Origin: Entomortierella parvispora E1425
Lineage: Eukaryota; Fungi; Mortierellomycota
Direction of reading: 5' to 3'
Length of the DNA stretch: 64,000 nucleotides
Assembly: GCA_020891255.1 (NCBI GenBank)
Contig: BQFW01000003.1
Location: forward strand, 682,001 to 746,000
In this document: positions 22,960-34,878 of the stretch, one piece after another
Layout: every line of letters starts with the position of its first letter
Numbering within the stretch: position 1 is the stretch's first letter
Position numbers and translations under genes: made by a program
The notes under the pieces: generated by a model
Databases searched by the model: none
What the model saw: only the letters and a program-made list of their open reading frames with translations
Told to the model about the DNA's origin: nothing

Positions 22960-24960
22960 CATCGGCCTTTGCTTGAAAGTCGCTGCATCTATCTGAAATG
23001 TAGAGGACTGCAGTATGGTCAGTGGACGCTGTAAAGACGCGGTTGACCTCTGGGCCATTACCATCTTCCGTAACAGCAACCGTCACAGAGATCATTCTCA
23101 GGGTGATACCCCACACCGCACCGCACCACACCACACCATCCTCACCCTTCCCCTCTTGACTCTCAACCCCCCAACCGAGTCCTTCGTTGAACCACCTCCA
23201 ACTATTAACCTCCTCGTGGGCAGAGGCCCCCGAACGTCTTCCGGAACGTTGACAGCCGCAGAGACGAATTCTCAGGAATCACCCACGCCACTATCACCTC
23301 TCACTCTCCCCAGCCCTTCACTGAACCTACTCTGATCACTATTACGCTACCCGAGGGTAGGGCACCATCGTCTTCCGTAACAATGGTCGCCGCAGAGATG
23401 ATTCTCAGGGTAATAATCCACACCGCCGCCACCCCTCTCACCTCCAATCCCAATCCCACCCTCAACCTCCAACCCATCACTGAACCCGCATGGGCGCTTG
23501 CAGACGCCTTGTCCTGGAGCGCTACCCACTGCCATACTTTCGTACCTTGATCAAGCTCGCAGGCAACCAGCCAGGCACAGCGGAACTTGTTGGCAGCATC
23601 ACGTCATCATATGGATGAGGGCCAGAGAAGAGGAGGGCGGCATCTGTTCTTGAATCCACGAGTAGGTGTTGATCGTCGACAATAACCTCCGATGACTAGA
23701 AGAAAGGAAGACGGAGCTGTTCACGACAAGAACAAAAAGAGAAGTCTCTAGACAAAAAGTACCTCACCAAGGGCCAGGACCAACCCCTCATACACAAATC
23801 CAACCCATCAAAATAGCTAAAAGTACACACCAGTCTGCAGAGGAGGATATGATGAAAGACTCTGAAGAGTCTTTCGATCCTCGCACCACATCTGGCTCCA
23901 CGCGCACTCTTTTTCGCCTAGGATAGGAAGGTATAGGGCAGAGTTTGGATCTCGGACAAGGGCTTCAGAGGACTGACGTTGAAGAGAGGGAGCCTCTTAT
24001 TGCCACGCGTTGACAATCCTCCTTTCAGCACTGCAAAGGTATCGCAAGGAAGCGGCTGCAGTGCCTGGGCAGGATCTTGACTGGATGGAAGGCCGCTGTT
24101 CTTGATTTTTTGCTATCCGTAATGGAGAGGACTCCAGTATGGTCAGTGGACGTTGTCAAGACTCGGTTGATCTCTGATGCCGCAGATATTATTCTCAGAG
24201 AGATACTCCACACCACTCTCACTCTTCCCCTCTTGATTCCACCCCCAAACCGAATCCTTCATTGAACCTACTCTGATCACTATTACGCTACCCGAGGGCA
24301 GGGCACCACCGTCTTCCGTAACAATGGTCGCCGCAGAGATGATTCTCAGGGAGATGCCACACACCACCCTCACCCTCACCCTCACTATCCCTCTCTTCAA
24401 CTCCCAACCCCCCAGCCGAGTCCATCTTTGAACCACCTCCAACTATTAACCTCCTCGATGGGTAGAGGCCCCCGAACGTCTTCCGGAACGTTGACAGCCG
24501 CGGAGACGAATTCTCAGGAATCACCCACGCCACTCACCTCTCACTCTCCCCAGCCCTTCACTGAACCTACTCTGATCACTATTACGCTACCCGAGGGTAG
24601 GGCACCATCGTCTTCCGTAACAATGGTCGCCGCAGAGATGATTCTCAGGGTAATAATCCTCACCACTCACCACTCACCACCCGCCACAACCACGACCACG
24701 ACCACTTCCCTCACTTCGAGATCTCCAATTCATCATTGAATCCGCATGGGCGCTTGCAGACACCTTGCCCCGAAGCGCTACCTACTGCCATACTTTCGTA
24801 CCTTTTCAAGCTTCTAGGCAACCGACCAGGCACAGTGTAACTTGTTGGCAGCATCATGTCCTCGGACAAGGGACGTTAGATGACTGCCGTTGAAGAGAAA
24901 GGCACCGCAAGGAGGCGGCAGCGGTCTCTTGACAGAATCTTGACTGGATGGAAGGCGCGC
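22960..24960. repeat. Nested tandem duplication (two ~0.9-1.1 kb units) containing 7 copies of a ~90-nt core separated by C-rich spacers
   Basis: Core TCTTCCG(T/G)AAC...GCCGCAGAGA...TTCTCAGG at 23064, 23237, 23371, ~24180 (truncated), 24312, 24479 and 24611. Duplicated flanks at 22990/24125, 23476/24733 and 23950/24862. Confidence 0.85.
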
Positions 24961-26751
24961 ACTTGTCTCCCAGGCCTTGGAGAGATGGATGGACAGACGC
25001 GTCGATGGCCAGGACGGATTGGCCAATTTTAAGGGGCACAGCCGACGTGGGACTGCTTTTCGTTGTTGACCCAAACGCGAAACGGGCAGTGGCACGGCCA
25101 GGAAGCACAGCCAGGGAGGGTGCTCTGGAGGAGGGCGCCTTGGAAGAGTGGCACGCAGAGGGCTTGAGAGGGCCGAGCATGCTCCAGAGAGTGGTCTTGC
25201 TGTAGAGTCCCCCGAGGCACAGCTGGTCTTGAAGGCAGGGAGCGTGGCCTTGCTTGCTCAGAGGTGGAACTTGTGTGCTTGGGAGGTTGCACTCAAGCCC
25301 GGACCACTCTGGGCAAGAAACGTTCTTGAAGTGCGGAAGGTACCAAAGGGAAAGAGCTTCTTTCTAAAGGGCATAGCCATCTGTCAGGGAGGCAGAGTCT
25401 TGAAGACCTTGGAGGGCAGAGAGGCGTTCTGCAAGGACTGCGCCTCACAAAGTCAGCTTGCACAGGTGGCAACGAAACGAACAGCGACCGAGACTCGGCT
25501 AAGCAACGTGCAGGCTGGCAGTGCTGCAAAAGAAAAGAGGAAACGGGAAAAGGAACGTAGCATGCAGGGGGCGTCAGAGACCGAAAGGGATCAAAGTGTT
25601 TGGCCAGGCTGTGTTTGTTTGGCTGGATTTCAAAATACCTTAAAAGCGCGAGCTGTGCTCTCGTGTCTGAATGTAACGCGAGTGTGGTGCAACCTTGGGT
25701 CATGGGCGTGGACGGACCGTGATCCCTGTGGAGTGTGAAAGTGAAGGTGGATAGTGGGTGGAGATGGACTGGGAGGGGTGGTGGTGGTGGACTGGGAGTG
25801 GAAGGTGGGTGGGGGTGAAGGAGAAGCGAAAAAGAGAGAAGGGGGAAAAGGCGAAGCAGATAAACACAAAAAAGCAGCGGACATCCATCGAGTGCGTCCG
25901 GGTCATTCTCGCCATGTAACAATGGCCGTCCTTTTCACGCACTGTCGATGACAACTGGCTTGCGAGTCGCTGATTGGCTGACAAGCCAAAAAGAGAGAGA
26001 GAGAGAAGAGAAACAGAGCATCCAACATCTGGTATGAAGTGCCAGCTCTGTCTTCAAAGTTCTCGGCGACGCAGAGTCGTGGAATGGAACGGACAATGAA
26101 TGCAGGACCTTGCGAGAATGGAGAATCAGATGGAGGTGGTTGCATTTCACCATGTCGCATGCGAATTAGCTGCATTAATTTTTTTTGTTTACGTGGGAAC
26201 TTCTACAAGCCAACAAAGCAGTCTGGAAGAAGGTCTTCGGCCACTTCGCATGCTGAGGAAGGTGTCTTCATAGAGGACATGTCTTTAGCATCAGTATCCG
26301 GCTTCTACCCTGTAGTCAGCGGTCATTTAAGATCAAGCAAGACAAAGATAGATACAAGCTTGGTCAATACGGTTTGATTATCTCGAGATGTCAACACAAG
26401 CCATGGGTCATGCGTATTTTATTGCGTGCATGTGCAAGGTGGGGAGCAGAGGGAACAGTCTCAGAGTTCAGATCTGAGCTTTTTAATGTTGGCTATGAAC
26501 AAGGTCGCGCTTGTTGACTTGGCATCAAAGGCAACGGCCTCTTGACCTCAGCCCTGCTTGAGGTTTAATATGATGGGACACATTCTTGACACGATTAGAG
26601 ATCGCCAATCCAGTCACTGGGTCCGCTAAAAACTCGACATGGTGCTCATCCTTGAACTCTCCGGCACGGAACGCGTGAATGATCGCCCGCGAGTACGAGA
26701 TCCGATCTCCGTTTGCAGATATTACAAAATCATATAATTTATTCCAGAATT

Positions 26752-29113
26752 TTACTCCTTGACAACTTTGGCCTCTGGTGCTGGAGTCGCATCCTCAACA
26801 CTCTCAATGCCACGCTTTGCTGCACCGTCCTCCTTTGCGTCAGTTTCAGAAGAAGTAGCTGGGGTGGCTGGGGTTGAAGCAGCAGGAGTGGTCGCCGACG
26901 AGTTGGCCTCCGACTTTGTGGTGTTGAGACTGGCCTGGAATGCAGCAGAGGTGTCTTGTTTGCACACCTCACGGATCGCCATCGTGGCATACTGACTCGA
27001 CTTCAAGGTCAAGTTCAGGACCAGGGCCAGGTACTGACCAGTCTCTCCAACACCGTCGGGTTTGGTTTTGCCTTGCATCTTCTCCTGATCCGTCAAGGTG
27101 AGGGGGATTTCAGCGTCATTGTATCTGACTACTTCCCACTCCACATTCTCGGGCTTGCTCAAGATGCAGCGGTACGATCCAACGAGGGCATACTCCTTCT
27201 GGGGTCGACGCATTGCATGGGGGTTCAAGCCATCCTTGGCCATAAACTCCTTGTACAGATCGCCGATGGCATGCTTGGGGTAGATCACATCATAGCCGGG
27301 CAAGGGCAAGATAACGTCGTAGATTGAGTAGTTGTCGACATCCTCTGCAGTCAAGACCTTGGCCCGGACGACCTCACCCTTGATGTTGCCGTTTCCTGCT
27401 CCTTCTGATTCCTCGTCAGCCTTGTCCAAAGCGGCCTTGTTCTCCACCACAAGATCACCAACCACGGGCTTGTCACTTCCATAGAGGCGGACACGTTCCG
27501 TAACCATGTTGTTCCATACCAATGATTGATAAGCATGAACGTACATCAGCCTCAAGTTCCGGGGAATGCTGTTCAAAGCGTCCATAGGTGCGCTAGTGCT
27601 TCCGGCCTTCTGAAAGGAGTACAAGATCTGTGACTCTGCAACCCATCGACGAGGGAACATCTTGCAGGCAGCAGCAGCATCCTTGTGCTCGGCCCAGTGT
27701 TGACGTGCCTTGGTAATATCGGGGCCCTCGCCCAAGCGAGGCTTCAAAATCAGATGCACAGCTTCAGCCCATTCGCCTCTGAGCAAAGCTCTGCCGACAT
27801 CATGTGTGCCAACGGATCCGGTGCCGAATCTCTGCATACCAAAGTAGTTCATGAACCCCTTGTCCCTCAAAGAGACCATGGAACGGTTCAAGGTTTCTTC
27901 AGAGTCCACAATCACGTTACGGAGAGTGATCATGAAGCGGTTTCCATTGAGATCGCCCAGTTTAAGACCCTTTTTCACATAGCTGAAGTTGCCGACGCAC
28001 ATGTTACGGAGTCCATTGTTCAATGTAATCAAGCGCTCAGCCTTGACTTTGTGACCAGTCACCCATTGTGTCGTAACACCACGTCTGTCCTTGGTGCCTG
28101 CAATCGAAAAGACCTTGTTTGGTACTCTATGGAAACACATCAATGGTTAGTAAGCGTATTCTCTAAGTCAGACACATCTCAAGATGGACTGGCACTATTG
28201 ATTACCTCAACATAGTAGCGATGTGAGTCAGGGCTTCCATAGTTTCACGGTTCTCCTTGAACAAGCAGAATCGACAGAATTCACCTCCGGTGACGCTCCA
28301 GTGATCAGTCTTTCCCTTGCCCCTGGTATCTAGATACAATAAATAGGACAAGGATGTTTCATGAGTTCATTGGTCATATAATTCGCTATGGACAAGGTAA
28401 CCACCTATATCTCAAAAATGAACTTACCGCGATCATCCTTCTTCTGGTGCATGCGGAGGCGCATGGTACCATCTGAAGTCTCGGACACCATACGCCTGTT
28501 ATATCTCTCCTTGACAACTCTGTGAATAGCAGTACGCTTGGCCTTGTCAGCCTGAGGCTATAGTAGCAAATAAAAGGAAATAATACGGTAAGTACACTAA
28601 GGATCGATATCAATTCATGTTGCGGGGACAAAAAAAAACAAGAGCGTTCCAGTTACCTTGAGGTTAACAAACTCAAGATCGTTTCCATAGCTGTCAAGCA
28701 TCTTCTTGATCTGGGCCATAGTTTCCTCGTCGTTATCGAGGACTGCGGCCAACTCTGCCAGCTTGGCGGCTTCATCCATCTCGCTGTTAGCCTGCTCAAG
28801 GTCATCCTTGGCCTGAATTTTATCGTCACGCGCCTTCAAGGCCTCAGGGTCCAGCTCTGGAAGATCAAAGGAGGTGAGATGGACGACCTGGTTGTCTTGG
28901 TCGACCTCGTTCACGATAAAATCGGAATACCTGCATGAATGGAAAAGAAGTATTTTTTTAGAATAAATTTACGCGGCTGTCGAATGACCAAAAACACACA
29001 CGGTACCTCTGTTTGATAATGGCAGAGAATCCAGGAATGGAGGGGTCGACAAAGGTGGTGATGCCAACGAGGGTCTCGCTGACGACGGTGTCGGGGCTCA
29101 TTTCAGAAGCCAT
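26752..29113 (-). CDS. PUS7: TruD-family pseudouridine synthase Pus7
   Basis: GFSAIIKQRYSDFIVNEVD; IAGTKDRRGVTTQW (catalytic Asp); LGDLNGNRFMITLR; GFMNYFGMQRFG; SQYATMAIRE. Several GT-AG introns. Confidence 0.95.
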
Positions 29114-29226
29114 TGCGTGATCTGGAAGCGGTGGTGTGGAGAGTGGAGGCAGCCAACAACAACGCTCTTGCCTTCTCTGCAAAGGTGCGATCCAAGTGGC
29201 AAAGCCACCGGGGACGGCCTATTTGA

Positions 29227-29258
29227 TTTTCGCGCCTGGTCTCTTCATTCCCTCGCGT
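29227..29258 (+). promoter_or_regulatory. E2F-like TTTCGCGC site plus a second CGCG in the PUS7/CENP-K divergent promoter
   Basis: TTTTCGCGCC at 29227-29236; CTCGCGTC at ~29252. Confidence 0.3.
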
Positions 29259-29383
29259 CCATGAATGCAAGCAAGGACCCTGAAGGAAACCCCCCAAGTG
29301 ACAACCAGGAAATTAGACATCTAGACAAGGAGAGCAAGCACGCCATCATTCCCATTGGAAACTAGACAGGACTCAATGCAACC

Positions 29384-30740
29384 ATGACACCAACATCTAC
29401 ACCAACCTCATCATCAAAATCACCCAGCCGCACCACTCCTTCGCTGTCACAACAGTCCTCAGCAAGCAGTAGCAGCCATGATCAAAGACGGGAAGCCAGT
29501 CTGAGGGAGACAGGCGAAATCTTGCGTCAAAGATGCCTCACCAAGATTGAGAAATTGAATGAAGTAAGGACACGGATACTGGATTGTTGTCCTTTCGACA
29601 GCTGCCATCACCTTACTGATGATATTTGGTGTTTCTTTGCTATTCTTTGGCGGCGGCTAGCTCAAGGACCAGATCGCAAAGAAGCAATCCAAGGACCAAT
29701 CCGGGATGAAAACTGGAGACCCTGTAGGTGTTTCTTTCTGGATGAAAAAATAAGGGCCTCGCTTGTTGCCCCTAGTGGATCCACCATCCACTTACTAAAC
29801 CCATAATTGATCGATCATATTAGGCAACAGAGATCTTGAAGCTTGAAGAGGCGCGCCTCCGGTACGACCTTAACCTTGTTAGTTCAAGTACGTATTCAAC
29901 AGGAATATCTAGGACGTTTCTTTTGACTCAAGACCATTGGATGTTTACTAAATTCATCTGCTCTTTTAGAAACGGACCCAGATGTAGAGCCACTACCAGA
30001 ATTGACAAAGATCCGAGTCCAGCGCATGGTTCAGGATTCGATACAGGACTATGCAGTTATGACGCCCCTTATTCGAAAAGAACTTGAGGATACCCGGAAG
30101 GATCTGACGGCCGAGAAACTATTGCTCAAAGAGCTCAACGAGATCAACCGTGCGTTGCAGACCAGGAGAAAAGAGCTGCAACAAACGATCGAATCCGGAA
30201 CAAGTCAAGAGAGCAGGTACTTGTTTAGTTTGTCCTGAACATTTCTGCATTGGAGCTATTACTAACCATACTCCGCTTTCAAAAAAAAAAAAAAAAAAAA
30301 ATAGTCAAGGACGACAAAAGGTGCAAGAAATGAAGAAGCAAGTTCAGGGCTTGATGCGAGAATTAACAGGGTTTCTTACAGAGCATCACCCCCCATATCA
30401 GCCAGACGTAAGTATCCCTTTTTTCTTTCTTTCCTCCACATTGGTCATTAGTGCTTTGCGTCCTCATTGTTATTTATCATACATGATACCCACAGTCGAC
30501 GGATACTAACTGTATACACAACCATCGATGAGATAGCCTGACAGTCCTGATGTTTTTGAGTTGAAGCACATTCTTGAAGACATCATGAATAGCTCTGTCA
30601 GTCGGCCAGCTGACCCATACATCGTATTAGTTCCAGGAGAGTACTATCCTCCTCACGTCGAACAACTTATCAATGCTGGTATTGCAGTGCGACATCCAAG
30701 AGACGCACAAAAGCTGCGACTTATCGACTTTTACTCTTAA
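29384..30740 (+). CDS. CENPK: Centromere protein K (CCAN subunit; Mcm22/Sim4 family), 6 exons
   Basis: Coiled-coil N-terminal half. C-terminus ELKHILEDIMN...DPYIVL...YYPPHVEQLINAGIAVRHPRDAQKLRLIDFYS* resembles the CENP-K C-terminal motif (DPYV..WPPYVELLLRNGIALRHP.D..RIRL). Confidence 0.82.
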
Positions 30741-30878
30741 AGCCTCTCCACATTTGTAAAATATATATTTTTCCGTCATCCATCCATGCTTTCTTTTTTT
30801 GTCCGATTTATTGCGTATTATATGAGGTGAAGATGTGCAGCTGTTCTTTTGTTTTTGGTCATATCCTTTGTTGGATGA

Positions 30879-31672
30879 TCACAGTTTGTCGAGATGGTCC
30901 AGTCGTGTCAGCACCACGTTTTTGCTCGTCTCCTCGATCTCGCCTGCGAGAAAAACTTCATCCAGAATTGAGTAAACCTATGTTGTTTTTGGGCAACAGA
31001 AAAAAAAGGATTAGTCTTTTTCCAGGGTAACCTATTATCCGTCATTTCCGAGAAGCAAGGGGGTCCAGAAATAAATATACCTTGTAAAAGTTGAAGACGA
31101 GGTCCAGTTCGCAGACATTTCCAAAGAAGGCATCGAGGACCTCGACGAAAAAGTGAATGGCTTCCAAGTATGCAAGCTCATTATCGTTGGCATCGACACA
31201 CAGGCAAAAGAAGAGACCAGCATAGCGACGGTACACAATCTTGAAGTTGCGGAACTATTTTTTGGACACCACGACAATAACGATGTTTGGTGAGATGAAC
31301 ATGAACAAACACACCTTGAGGTTGCCCTTTGAGAACTGATAAAAAGGACGACTAGCCAGGTTCAGGGTATCGCCAGGTTCAGGGTATCGCCTAGTTCTTA
31401 CCTCCACAAAGTTGGACTGGTATTTCTGGTCCCTGGGTGCCACAAGACGGTGGACCTCGCCCTTGAGCTTCAATTTCTCGTCGTCTTCATAAGGAGCATA
31501 CCACTTTGACAGGCGGGTCTTGCCCTGGCGGTTCTGGACGAGGATGAAACGAATCTGTGAAAGGGGGGTTGATTGAGCGGAATAGAATGAGATGGACAGG
31601 ATGGATTAGTACCCAAGGATTACATGCTGGATGAAAAGGCTGCTGGGTGAGGTGGAGAGAATCAAATACCAT
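30879..31672 (-). CDS. APS2: AP-2 adaptor complex sigma (small) subunit, 4 exons
   Basis: M|[19 protein letters not shown]; [74 protein letters not shown]. Confidence 0.93.
31356..31393 (+). repeat. Perfect 18-nt tandem duplication in the AP-2 sigma intron
   Basis: gccaggttcagggtatc gccaggttcagggtatc gcc. Confidence 0.7.
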
Positions 31673-32100
31673 GGGAGGACTGGGTATATTAATAGCAGGG
31701 ACTGAGTGTGTGTGTAATAAAGAGATGAGCTCGACGAGGAGTGGTGGTGCGAACACGGGTGACGATGAGCGGATGGAGAAGAGGAGAGGAGAGGAGAGAG
31801 TGATGAAAGGAGGGATGGGGATAAAGGGATGAGTGAGGAATGGAGAGAAGGAGAGGAAGGGCAATGGATGCGAAGCGAAGAGAACAATGCAAGAGAAAGA
31901 AAGAAAGAGCGACCTCGGTCCTGTGTTCTTTCCTGTCCTGTGTGCAGGTCTTTTTTTCTTTATCTTCTTTGCATGCATTCCCATCTCCATCCTCTCAGCT
32001 AGTCCGTTGTCTCTCTCTTCTCTCTTCTCTTCCTCTTTCTCTTCCTCATCCATCTTCAGTTCGCCTCCACCTTCACCACCTTCACCCGCATTACTCAACG

Positions 32101-34488
32101 ATGGTGGACGCAAAGTCCGTCATCTCCATCGCGCCTGATGCCAAGGTTGCTGTCATTGCCGCGATGCTCAAACATCCAGACGACCTCTCCACGCTCACCG
32201 CCATGCGTCAAAAGCTCATCCGCGAGAAAGCCATTGTCGACCAGCAACTCAAGATTGGAGTCCAGAACCAGATGGAAGAGACGCGCGAGGCCCTGGATAT
32301 CCTCGGCACAACCAAGGAACAGGTCCTGGGCATCCGCTCCAACATGAAGAACATTGACTCGCTGTGCAAGGACGCTCAGGGACTGATCACTGACTACCCT
32401 CGAATTCGCAAGGTAAGGAGCAGCACCTACCTGGTGCTATCGCATAACGCACGCTTTTATGCTCTTCCGCTCCTGGCCCTTGTTACTTGGTACTGACTTT
32501 TGTTTCCTTACCGACATCAATAGATCTCGCAAACACATCAAAACTTTGTCGCGACACAAACGTTGGTCAGCCAGTTTCAGGACTTGTACACTGACTTGGA
32601 CAGGATCCGGGAGATGATGGACGAGGACAGGGCCGATATCTTGGGACCTGCACCTAATCTGCTCAAGGTTGCCTTCCAACTCCACAAGCTGGAGCAGCTT
32701 CGTGACTCTACTCTGCACATGGCTAGGGACGAGACTTTGGACGTCAAAGAGACTCTCAAGTCGTACTTTGGAAAGCTGGACCAGGTTGTGGTCGAGTTTG
32801 AGGTGTACCTCTGGGAACTCACACGGAACATTATTGAACTCATCAAGAACAAGCAGGCGCCCGTCGTTGTCCTGCTCATCAAGATTATTGAACGAGAGGA
32901 GCTGGAGGACGCAAAGGCAGTATCTGTTTCGACAAAGACTGAACGGCGAGGCTCGCGACAGGGACTTGGCGGCAAGAAGCTGGACAAGCCTCCTCGCAAA
33001 GTCAAGTCATTGCGGAGCAAATTCTTTGATATCCTCCACGATGAGGTCTCCCGCAAGTTTGGCATCCTCATGGAAAATGTCGACACAGAACCACTCGAAT
33101 GTCTGGAAGCAACGGATTTTGTGTTCCCAGATTTGGCTCTGGTTTACGACGATTTATACCCTCGCACGCCCTCCAACTTCAAGATTTTCCCCTTCTTTGT
33201 GCTGGAGTACCATCGACATGTCTATGAGCTCTCAAACAAGATTGTCAACTCGCCCGACTTGGATGGTGGAAAGATTTTGCATCTGCTTCGATGGGTTCGA
33301 GAGTACTATACCAACATGAATCACCAGTTGGGTGTAACAGAAGAATTGCTCGAACCTCAGTTGCTGGATGGAAACGAGCAAGGATTGCTGGATGAATACC
33401 TCAAGTTGGTCCGAACCAACCTCGTAAAGTGGACCAACAACATGATGACCACGGCCACAAAAGAGTTTACTGAACGTCAGAATCCCCCCGAAAAGGACTC
33501 GGACAGATTATACCACATGCAGACGGCCAACATCTTGTTTGAGATGGTTCGTCAGCAACTGACCCTGGCCGCAGACTCTCAGCAAGCCAAGATTATGGAG
33601 CAAGTCGTGAATGAATGTATAGAGGTTCTGAAGGACTACCAGAAGCGATGGAAGGCCCTGATCACATCGGAGATGCGCCAACAGATTGACGCACCTGGCA
33701 CCACGCCTGCAGGTCTGGCCGAGTACATTATGGCGGCGACGAACGACCAGATCAAGTGTGCTGAGTTTGCGGATGCCATGCTGCAGATGATGATCTCGGA
33801 GAACATGATCCGGAGTGCAAAGACAATGGAAACAATCCAGAAGGTCATGGAGGAGACTATGGACGACTTCTTCGCGGTGGCTACTCATGGAGCCAATTCA
33901 CTCTTGGACTTGGCCTTCAACGATGCCAAGGATCCTTTGAGCAAACTGCATACATCTTCATGGTACACATCGGACGAGACCAACGATCCTATGGGCTTGA
34001 TTGTCGCGACCCTCAAGGACTACAACGATGACTTCAAAACGCATTTGAACGATTACATGTTTTCCAAGTTGGCAGACTGGATGTTGGAGCGCCTCATGGT
34101 GGCACAGATTGATGCCCTGAGAAACCGAGGCGCCAAACTCAAGTTCCCTCAGATTCAGGATAGGCTGGAGCAGGACCGTGCCAAGGTCTTCAACTTTTTC
34201 ATGGAGTACAAATCCCAATCGGAATTGGAACAGGACTTTGATGCCATTGAGAAACTTCACACGTTTGTGTGCAGTCCAAAGCGATCCGCCTACTTTGATT
34301 TCTTTGCGCTCAAGAGAATCTACCATGACCTGCCTCTGTCACTGGTTGAAGATATTTTGGGTCGGAGAGATGATCTGGATCGATCTGCAAGCAAAGAAAT
34401 CTTGGAGTCGATTCGCGAAAAGTACAAGGAAAAGGATCCTAACGAGGCACCAAGATCAGCCACTATCTTTAGCAAGGTCAAGCAGTAG
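32101..34488 (+). CDS. SEC6: Exocyst subunit Sec6 (exons 32101-32412, 32524-34488)
   Basis: LKHPDDLSTLTAMRQKLIREKAIVDQQLKIGVQ; LLKVAFQLHKLEQLRD; EYLKLVRTNLVKW; YIMAATNDQIKCAEF; LVEDILGRRDDL. Confidence 0.92.
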
Positions 34489-34878
34489 TGTAAAAGACGG
34501 TCGAGAATACAGATTTTTTTTTTTCAAAGTCAGTTTTTTATTGGCAGGACGGAGACAGGGTAGGGAAGAAAAATGTATCAAAAAGTGGGGTAAAGAGAAA
34601 GGACATCGCTTTGAAGGGTAACCAAAGATAAAAGGATGTTCACAGAAAGAAAAAAGCTGTACAAGGTGAACACCGCTATAGAAAACTTGGCCACGAGACA
34701 TTGGCGCTGTGATCTTTCTTGGAAACTTTTCTTTTTCTTTTTCCTTGTTCACACTGATCCTTATTTTTTTTTTGTTCGTGAAAGGGACGAGAGAAAGAGA
34801 AAGAAAGGAAAGAAGAGAGAGAGTGGTAAACAAAAGAAGTAGCAAAGAACAAGACTGATCAAGAATTCACGACACGCC

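Noticed and set aside
23064-24660. CRISPR-like interpretation of the core/spacer array
   Set aside because: Cores are ~90 nt and divergent, spacers are low-complexity and partly duplicated, there are no cas genes, and the host is eukaryotic.
25148-25922. Overlapping ~200-aa ORFs on both strands downstream of the repeat array
   Set aside because: Low-complexity, no recognisable motif, no coding-like codon pattern; cannot be supported as genes.
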